A model generated the notes under the pieces. The model saw nothing but the letters and a program-made list of their open reading frames with translations. It ran no database searches and had not been told where the DNA came from. Made by a program: the position numbers and the translations under genes. DNA of 64,000 bases. Origin: Vicugna vicugna (taxonomy: Eukaryota). Position 1 is the first letter of the stretch. Each line of letters starts with the position of its first letter. Below are positions 54,831 to 64,000 of this stretch, piece by piece. The stretch covers positions 5,250,716 to 5,314,715 of the forward strand of contig MU058337.1 of assembly GCA_013265495.1 (NCBI GenBank), in the 5' to 3' direction.

Positions 54831-55224
54831 TGTCTTAGTCAGCTCAGGCTGTTGTGACAAAATACCACAGACTGGGCGGCATAAGTAACATAAATGTACT
54901 TCTCACCAGCTGGAGGTTGGAGGGCTGAGATCGGGGCGCAGCATGGTTGACTCTGGGGAGGCCCCTCCCCCTGGCTTGCAGAGGGCTGTCTGTTCTCTAT
55001 GTCCTTATGTGGTGGGTTGTAGGGGAGGGAGAGAGAGGGAAAGCTCCCTGGTCTCTTCTTATAAGGTCACTAATCTCATCATAAGAACTCCACCCTCATG
55101 GCCTCATCTAGACCAGATCACCTTCTAAAGGCCCCAGCTCCTAATACATCACACTGGGGGATAAGACTTCAAAATACGAGTCGTAGAGGGTGGGAAAGTG
55201 GTTACAAACATTCAGTCCATAGTG
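54831..55224 (-). mobile_element. MLT1A-like MaLR solo LTR with 5-bp TSD GAATT
   Basis: TGTCTTAGTC...AAATACCACAGACTGGG...CCACCCTCATG...AAACATTCAGTCCATAG. GAATT at 54826-54830 and 55225-55229. Confidence 0.85.
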
Positions 55225-57824
55225 GAATTGTTGGAATCATTTGAAAAAAAAAAATCGTTCTTAAAGTTTCAAGGCCCAGGTATTACCTTTGAGTTCTAGA
55301 CACTTTTACCCAAGGCCTAAGAGGAACATCTCTCAGTGTATAACAGGGTGGTGGTTGGGCTCTTTTGGAAGCCAAATGTGTTTATTTTTAACCTGGCTTT
55401 TGGTGTGGTTTCACGCCTCAGTGGGCCAGCTGTACAGTGGGGATGCCACAGCCAGACAAGAGGGCATCAGCCCCTGTCAGTCTGGAGGGCAGCTGCTTCA
55501 GGCTCCGCCCACCAACCGTCACACATCCAAAAAAGTGGCCGATAGATCCTATTCCCACCCTGGCCTTCAGTCCTAGCAGCTCCGGGCTGTGTTACACAGG
55601 ATGGCGTTATGAACCCTGGGCTAAGTGTTTGAATTTCAGAAAGGCTATGTGAAGATCTTGCATTGATTGGGGAATACTTTCCAGACGTATGAACTAAACC
55701 ACAAGTCTTTGGATAGAATATAGTACTGAAGCTGGGCTGAAAAAAACCATGCATAATTGGCATTTTTAAAGAGTGAATTTTGCATTATAACATTCCTAAA
55801 TTTCATTCTCATCTTTTCGTATTTCCTCATAGTGAATTCCAAGCACTGCAGTTAGACAGGCAGTCTTCCAGCTCTTTTGGCCAATGATATTGTTTTCTGG
55901 TTCACAAAAATTTAGAAACCAAAAGATGTGAAGCATTTTAATTTGCTGTCCTCTCTTATACTTATCTGGCTCGGGAACCAGTCTTCCATCCTTCCCCCTG
56001 CCTCATAAGTGCAGAAGCATCTTTATGTGGAGCCTGCCCCAGAAGTCCTGAGGGCTGGGGCATTACTGGGATGCAGGGCTGGTCAGAGCCTGCTGCTCTT
56101 TCTCTTAGTGGCTGAGTGTGCCCCAGTCTTGGACGGAGAGTGGCCAACATTCAGGACTTAGGCTGCCCTTGCACTGGGAGCCTCCTGTCCTTTAAAATCA
56201 CGTTGCTAAATTGAATCACACCCTGAGCATTTTCAATGCAGCAGTTATGCCGCAACTCCAATTGCTGCATTATATTCAGACGGTTTCATTTGTCTTCACT
56301 GTGGCTCACAGCAGCTTCAACTAATGTAAGCTGCAATGTCTCCTTCTAAAGTGTGTGGGTGGGACGCCCAGTTCCAGGAGGCAATTGCCCTGAGAGGGGG
56401 GTGTAGCCCCCCAACTGAGGCAGTAATTTGACTGTAGCTCTGCTGTTTATTTGCACATTTATCTCCTAAGGATTGAAGCTCCTTGAAAACAGGAAGCCCG
56501 CCTTTTCATCCTCATGTCTCCTGGGCCTAGGGCAATGGCTGCCTCGCAGCGAACCCTGTGTCAATATTTACTAGCGGACTGAACAAAGCACTCATCCTTT
56601 TGAATTTGCTGGTGACTAGTCATATTTGTGCTAGGATCTGGAGCCCTGATGGAGAATTAAGTTGTTTTCTTGTTGTTCTTTCCCCTGATTTGCCTGCTTT
56701 TGTTGGCAGTCCTCATTATTCCTCATGACTTCCTCTTTTATACAAGCTTAATTTGGTCTGTCTGCTGCTTTTTCTCAAACGACGATTGAGTTCAACATCA
56801 TCGTAGGAGTAATGGTTAGATAATGAAATGTTGACTTTGAATGATAATCAAAAAATTGTAACATGGTGGCTGTAGTTCAGACTGAAAGTGGTAACTACAT
56901 CCTGATGTTATGTATTTATGTAGATGCACAAACTAGTATTTTAGATTATTTTTAAAGTTCATATGAAAACAAAAGATAATGTTTCACTCAAAATGGAAAA
57001 GGAAAGGAAATTAGTTTTATTAGACACATGTGATCATCTCTTTCTGCATGCAGCTAAATTTAAAACATAATTAGGTGCTTAATTGTACATTTAAATTTGG
57101 CCAATGTACTGTATATGTAAGTAATCATGATTAATTTAAAAGGAGCACATTTCCTTTTCTTACTAATCCAAATTACCATGCAGTACATTGAATTTCAGTC
57201 ATTTATTAAATTTTATTTATTAGTAGCTTTATGTCTCATTAAAATGTAATATTGATGATGTTGAAAAACTCAATTTTTAAAATATATTGAAAGCCAGAGT
57301 CATTAAGTAGAAAAAAATTATAAGTAAGGGGCTCTTTGTAAGACTACAGAATAAAATCACCTTTTGGTCCCTAAAATCATCCAAATATCAAGGAGACTGA
57401 GAGACAGAAATACAATTACCATATTTAAGGACTCTGAAAAACCTATAACTATAAACCACAACATCAGAGGCCCAGTGTCTTCCGAACAGAAAACTTCCTG
57501 AAAGGATCCTGGCTACTGAGGACCTCAGACAGAGCCAGCAGAAAGCTGGTGTTCTAAAACAACCAGCCTTCACTGTACACTCAGTTTAAAAATTCAACAG
57601 CAGAATTAAATTATAGGAAATAATAATAAGGTAAAATCACTAGTGTTCCCAGAGGAGCACGGAGTCTTCTGTGTGGCATCACAAAGGAGAGGCCCTCATT
57701 CTGGAGCTGCCGGGGGAGAGAGAGGACAGACACTCCGTTGTGAGGGCCCCGGACCGCTGACCGGCGCTGACTAGGACGAGGGAGAGACTGCAGGTTTGCA
57801 AACCTGGCTCTGCCTTACCACGAC

Positions 57825-57970
57825 CTGGGGAGCCTTTCAAAACTCACCAGTTCTCGAGCATCATTCCCAGACCAATTAAATCAAAACCTTAGAGAGTGAT
57901 GGAAGGCGCAAATGGCTTGAGAAAGTTCTCCAGATGATTCCAGCCCGCATGCAGAGCCTGAACCACTGGG
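57825..57970. mobile_element. MER5A-like DNA transposon
   Basis: CCCAGACCAATTAAATCA...CTCCAGATGATTC...GAACCACTG. Confidence 0.6.
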
Positions 57971-58189
57971 CTGAAGCCACACGGATACACACAGACCCCC
58001 AGAACTTGTGGAAATCTTCACTTCTATTCCACAACACGACCTCCCCCTCCCCTACATGGAAGTGACAGATAGCTGGTTCTCAAAAAATCAGTGTCAAAGG
58101 TGAGTAAAATCAAAAAGAATCAGGACTGTATCTATAAAAATGTACCTTTTGGTACATTTAAAACTAAAATGATACTCAAGATACATATA

Positions 58190-58480
58190 ACTCCTCAAAG
58201 AATGGCAGAGGAAGAAGATTTAATTATACAAATTAAAAGGATACAACTTGTCTCAATAAATTGACATAATCAATGCTGAGGCATATCTTAGTAAAGATGC
58301 TGGATTTCAAAGCTAAGAAAAGCATCCATTGGGTATCCAGAAAAAAGAAAAAAGAAAAAATCACGTCCATTCTGAAGGGGGCCATCAGAGAGAGGCCTGG
58401 AATTTCATGTCACCATTCAGCTCTAGGACAATGTCACAGTGCTCACCTTGTCCTTAGGGAAAGAATGTGTCAGACTCTTT
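58190..58480 (+). mobile_element. L1/HAL1 ORF1 remnant
   Basis: ORF 58273-58482 (RHILVK...K.K..I...SR.K...IT...KG.IR) resembles the ORF1p PRHIIVK...KEKILKAAR...TYKG..IR region. Confidence 0.6.
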
Positions 58481-59003
58481 GATTATTTTTGAAGCGGCAA
58501 GAACTCAGAGACTTTATTTGACATGAAGTCTTGAAGTCGTTCAGCCAATCAGGTTAACTGCTCATGGGCCTGGTCTCTAGCATCTACTCACTGTGGGAAC
58601 AAAGCTAATACAACCACAGGATTTACAAACTATGATGGAAATATTACAGACTGACTGCAGAGCAGGGAGATGATCAGTGGGGGAGGTAGGGTGAGGAGGG
58701 TGATGTTTATACTTAGCAGTAAAAAGCAAGGATCGTTTTGTACAATATATGACTTGAATCATCGAGGCATATGTACACTTGCCAGGAAAATGCATAGTCA
58801 AAAATTACTTTTGAAAAAATTCGGAGCTCCAAATAATGGCCTTAGGGTTTGGATCATGGCTGTCCTGCATACTGGTGTGGTGACCTTGGGAAAGGAATTA
58901 ACCTCGTTTGCTTCAGTTTTCTCATCTGTGAAATGAGTGGTGGACCTACTTTACAGGGTGGTTGTGAAAAGTAACTGAGAAACTACACTTAGAATAGTGT
59001 CTA

Positions 59004-59274
59004 GTAGAAAACCAATTTATGGTTGCCAAAGGGGAAAGGAGGAGGGGAGGGATAAATTAGGAGACTGGGATTAGCAGATACAAAATAGATAAACAGGATC
59101 TTACTGTGTAGCACAGGGAACTATATTCAATACCTTATGATAACCTGTAGTGAAAAAGAATATGTAAAAGAAAAAACACATGTGGATAACTGAATCACTA
59201 TGCTGTACTTCAGAAACTAACCCAACATTATAAATCAGCTACACTTCAATTTAAAAAATAGTTTAAAAATTAGA
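59004..59274 (+). mobile_element. 5'-truncated L1 3'UTR with perfect 13-bp TSD, nested in a MIR
   Basis: TSD AGAATAGTGTCTA at 58991-59003 and 59275-59287; internal AGCACAGGGAACTATATTCAATA and AACTGAATCACT. MIR core upstream at ~58840-59003. Confidence 0.88.
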
Positions 59275-62200
59275 AGAATAGTGTCTAACACACAGCAGAT
59301 CCATGATGAGCTAGAAATTAAGAGATACAGTGGTAAAATAGGAATACATCTCTGTGTTATTTGAGAAAAAGTGACAGCTTTAAGGAGGGAGGATGTAGAT
59401 GCTCTCAGATTGACAGCTTGATGTCTGGTATTATCCCCTCTTCCTTGCACCAGTTTGCTTCTCAGGGTTTTCAGGATCTTACAGCAAAGGAGGGGACCAG
59501 GGACAAGGGGTGTTCTTAACTTTGCACCATGCCTCTGTGAACTAGTATCTCAGATTTCACTGCTTTCTAATCAATGTACAGAGGCCAGTATTTGTGGTGT
59601 TTAGTCTTCTTTCATCAGTGTTTCCTCTCTTGCCACTCTGGACACTATCCTCACTCTTGGGCTTTAACTGTCTCTTTAGAATCTTATCCCTATTTAGCTT
59701 GTGCCGTGAAATTTTCTCGTTTCATTAAGCCTCCCTTTGCAGTTTGATTGATCCCTGTATGTCTGAATTTGGGACCCTGGATTCGAGCCACTCCTGTCTT
59801 TAGCAACTTTTCAGCGGGCGCTCCTTCTGCAGACCTAAGCAGAGTGCCCGGCGGGGCACCGAGCCAAAGCCACAGCGGCGCTGCTTCCTGCTCTGTCTGC
59901 AGTGCTCAGTCCTCCCCTAGGTCCCCGAGTCAGATGGTGACTGAGATGCTGGTTGCTTCTCTGTGCCTCTCTACCATCTCTGTACCTCTGCGTCACCGTT
60001 TCACGGCACCTTTCCCATGGCTCCTTCTAAAGGACCTCAACACACACATCCTCTCTAAGATGTTAGCCTCTGTGCCTAAGACATCCCGCACTCCCGTGAT
60101 CTAGGCCTGCTGAGGAATATACATTATCGAAAAGACATATTTGAGGATCATAAAATCTGTTTAGCAGACACTGTTTCCGTGATTGAAGTGAGTACGGGGA
60201 GGTGGGGAGTCAGCATGCTGTGTAAAGGTTTGAGGACACATGACACCCCAAAAAACCCACACCATAGATGTGAAACCAAACAAATCACACTGCTTTAGTC
60301 AATTTAGGAAACATCCCCGCTTCCATTTTCTGAGTACTCATCCTCTTTTCAGCCTGTCCCCTCCTCTGTGTTACCACATGCTTTTCAACATACGGGGCGT
60401 ACAATTGGAGACAGTGCAATTTTCTGTGATAGCACTGAACGTGAAATGAGAGGAATTTTGAGCTGGAAAAGGTGAGGCAGTCCCACGTGGGAAGACTGAG
60501 CATCAGGGGGAGTGAGATGAGAGTTCCAGAGAACTCGTCACAGAGGCAGGGCCAAACTCTGGGCTCATGATTTGCAGACTCGCACTATGACTTACTGTCT
60601 TCCCCAGCCCATTTTACCTTTCAGAGCAGTGTTTAACTCAGAAGGAAACTCAGAAAACTACCTTGCAAAGTTTAGTTGTGTTCTTAATTTTGTAGTAGAA
60701 GTCTCGTGTCACTTTTGGTAAGATGCCGGCGGAGGGGACAACTGTCCAAATACACGGGATGTACCAGTTAGGGAAAAAAGCCACAATAAATCTACCACAT
60801 GTGGGAAGGAAATCACAGCAAATGCCATGAAACTGGCAACTTACTTGTCATGATCTTTCAATAAGAAGGTAAGAAATTGGGTGTAGAGCTATTCAGGTGG
60901 TAGTTTTTAACTCTCCATTCACTGTATAGTCAGGTAAAAACTCAAAACATGTTCCTTTTTGATAAAACAACCTAATGAATGTCATTAAATGATAAAATTC
61001 ACCCTGGGAGGTCACTTAGGAACTAAATAGCTATCAGGCATTTTGTTGTTGTTGTTGCTGTTCATCTTCAGAATCGTAAGAACAAGTGACAAAAGCCCCA
61101 TTTTTAAAAATTCAGAATAATCTAAACCTGATGGAAACAATTGACATCGGGTAAAGGAAGTCCTTAAGTAAGGTCAACTGATACACGGGACATTCAGAAA
61201 ATAACTAATAGAAAAGACATTTAAATGATACATGCTTTTAATGCTACATGGACTGTATATAGTGGACTATTTTCCTTATTCAGGCTGCTCGATAATCAAA
61301 GATAAAGCCAGGAAATAATAAACACCATGTTCTTATGGTGACTAATTGTCCAATAGACAGTCTTTATTATTATAATTACTGTCATTACTTATGACGAGGA
61401 CTGCTATCATTTGTCGACTGCTGAGTATGTGCCTGGCTCCAGGCAAAAGGTTTTCCATCCATTGTGCTTTTCAGCCTCAAAATAAACCCATTAAGTGTCA
61501 TTATCCCCGATTGACAAGTGAGGAGAATAAGATGAGAAAGAATTGATTTGCCCAAAGTCACACACAGGCCACAGTTGGGAGCCCAGGCCCGCCCCGAGTG
61601 CCTGGGGGTCAAAGGCTGCGTTCTCAGGCCGCAGACTCTGCCTTATCAATGCGCTCGGCCTCCAGTGACCACCCGTCCCTGTGGTCTGTCAGGACAGCCT
61701 ATCCCGTCTACGGTCTCAGGGTGGTAGAGGACACATGTCCTCCAGTGGGATAATCCACCGGACATCCTGCCTGCTCCTCTGGTCCCCAAATTGAGGACAG
61801 AGAGGTGACAGCGAAGAGGAGTAACGTCCACTGCAAACCAAGACCGCTCAGGCTGCTCTCTGCCTTTACATCTAGCGCCTCACAAGGGAGTTGGTGCATG
61901 ACCCACGTTTGTTGCATGTACCAATCTAAGTATACAAAGAATATACCTGGGAGGTAGTGCAGTTTTACAAGATAATTTATTGAGCAATGGACATCTGGGC
62001 CAGGATTAGAGGCAGTGGCAGCAAAAATGAGTAGCTATGCTTTTGATACAGAATGAGATGGTAGTCACATAGACTGGAGATGAGGGGGAACAGTTTGAAA
62101 GCAGTAGATTATGTTATTTGCTATATTGCAGTCAGGTTCACTTTATTTGAAGTAAGTCCAAAATGTTAATATGATACATCTATTTACTATCTGTAATTTA

Positions 62201-62279
62201 TAGCTACATGTATCAGTTTCGCCTGTGTATTTGAATTTCCTTTCTGTTTCTCTTTGAGATATGAATATTTAAGTTTGCT

Positions 62280-62690
62280 TTTTTTTTTCTTTTCTTGTGA
62301 TGAGAGCTCTTAGGATTTACTTTCTTAACAACTTTCATATATAATGTACAGCAGTGTTAATTGTATTTATCACGTTGTACATGACATCCCTTGTACTTAC
62401 TTATCTTATAACTGTAAGTTGGTACCTTCGGATTACCTTTGTCCGGTTCCCTCTTCCTACACCCCCTGCCTCTGCTAACCACAAATCTGATCTCTTTTTC
62501 TATGAATTTCTTTGTTTGACCTACAACACTATGTTAGTTCCTGCTACACAACACAGTGATTCAGTATTTCTGTACATTTCAAAATGATCACCACAAGAGG
62601 TCTAGTTATGATCTGCCACCATACAAAGATATCACATCATTATTGACTGTATTCCCCACACTGTGCATTTCATACTCGAACTCATCTATT
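62280..62690 (-). mobile_element. L1 3'UTR fragments (L1MA9-like)
   Basis: TGTGATGAGAGCTCTTAGGATTTACT...TAACCACAAATCTGATCTCTTTTTCTATGA. Confidence 0.7.
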
Positions 62691-64000
62691 TTATTTTATT
62701 CATTTATTTTGCAGCTGTTAAAGTTGCTTTCTAAATGCCACAGATTAACCAATAGTTTTATTTAGGTTGATTTTGAAAATGCATATTAACTAATTTATTT
62801 ATTAGATATATGACATAAAGAGTATTGAATTTATTTGTCATTTTAATAAAAAAATTGTAAAGCTTTTTCTTAAATTAAGAAACCCTTCTTTAAAATATTA
62901 GGTAGAAAAACCATAGATCATCAGTGTCACAGAGTTAAAATGTGGATCTTGAATGCAAATACAAACTTAAGGTGATAGCTTATAACCTTTGTTAAGTTTT
63001 TTCTGGAAATGATGAATTTTAATCTGGCCTTTCAAGAAAATGAAGAAAATCAAAGTGGAGTGGACTGCAGCCTGCCAGATTCTTGTATAGGTGCTCCTAA
63101 ATCACTTATGAAGAAAGCTATTATGGGTATTGAAATTTTAGACTGGTGTTTTTTCCTGAGGGAAATTATATTTTAACCATTACTTTTGTGGTATTTTTCT
63201 CATTTGACTTTGGGTAGTACTGGCTGCAAGATACAGACTCAGCTCCCCGTGTGAGTCATAAATCAGGTTTATTAAACATAGATGAGAAATAACATCAGTG
63301 GTTAGTTTCACCACTCGTAGTGTTCTGTGCTTGGCACTGCCCCTCTGTTTTGCCGCAGGAGGATTAACAGTGAATCCACCTACACTGTCTAATGTTTCAG
63401 TTTTAATTCAGGATTTGCTTTACTTTAAAATTCCTCCCTAGGTTTTTTTCTATTATCATTCTATTATGTTTACAATTTGTCTCTTGTTACATCTGGTATT
63501 AAATATGGACATAAAATGTGATGAAAGGAAATTACTTTTATTCAGATCATAATAGGATGTAAATTGAACTTTGTTGATGCTGCAGCTAAAAATTGATTCA
63601 TCAGATTTAAAGGATGTTAAGCCATATTTCATGTGGCTGTATGTGATACCAGATAAAAGCTTTACAAATGGATAAAAAATAGAAAATTATTATGTATCTG
63701 TAACTATGATTTGTTACAGAATGTACATTTTTATTCCAATTGCAAAAAAAGACACAGTAATAACTAATCTGGAAAATATGTAACTGAGATTTATAATACT
63801 TTGTGGAAAAGCACCAAAGGGTTGTTTTCCCTGCATTAATCTTTATGTTTAGTGTTGCTACTGGAATTACTTATTGATTTTTATGAAAATACATAGGGGA
63901 GAAAAAACTAGGGTAATAGAATTCAACCAAAAGTGCTTACTTTAATCTGTGATAAATCTATACTTGCTCTCTGAAGGAATTCCTTTACCGTGGGACAAGG

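Overview
Mammalian genomic DNA, probably camelid, based on a tRNA-derived SINE that resembles Vic-1. The window holds the 5' part of NALCN (sodium leak channel, non-selective) on the + strand. There is a CpG-island promoter and putative first exon at ~11.2-12.3 kb, then six coding exons (exons 2-7: 27988-28095, 31158-31340, 37711-37794, 38956-39095, 39187-39315, 53954-54108). All have GT-AG boundaries and splice in frame to 266 codons covering the N-terminus, domain I S1-S5 and the extracellular loop. The next exon is not in the window. The rest is intron and upstream sequence with L1, L2, MIR, ERV/MaLR LTRs, DNA-transposon fossils and a decayed tRNA-Glu copy. I found no prokaryotic-type system. 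The most interesting observation is a 19-codon uORF that exists only after splicing across the 16-kb intron 1 and stops 7 nt before the NALCN ATG. A second AG 28 nt downstream of the exon 2 acceptor would turn that uORF into an in-frame N-terminal extension. Repeat family names are from recall of consensus sequences, not a database search, and repeat boundaries are approximate unless a target-site duplication (TSD) is given.
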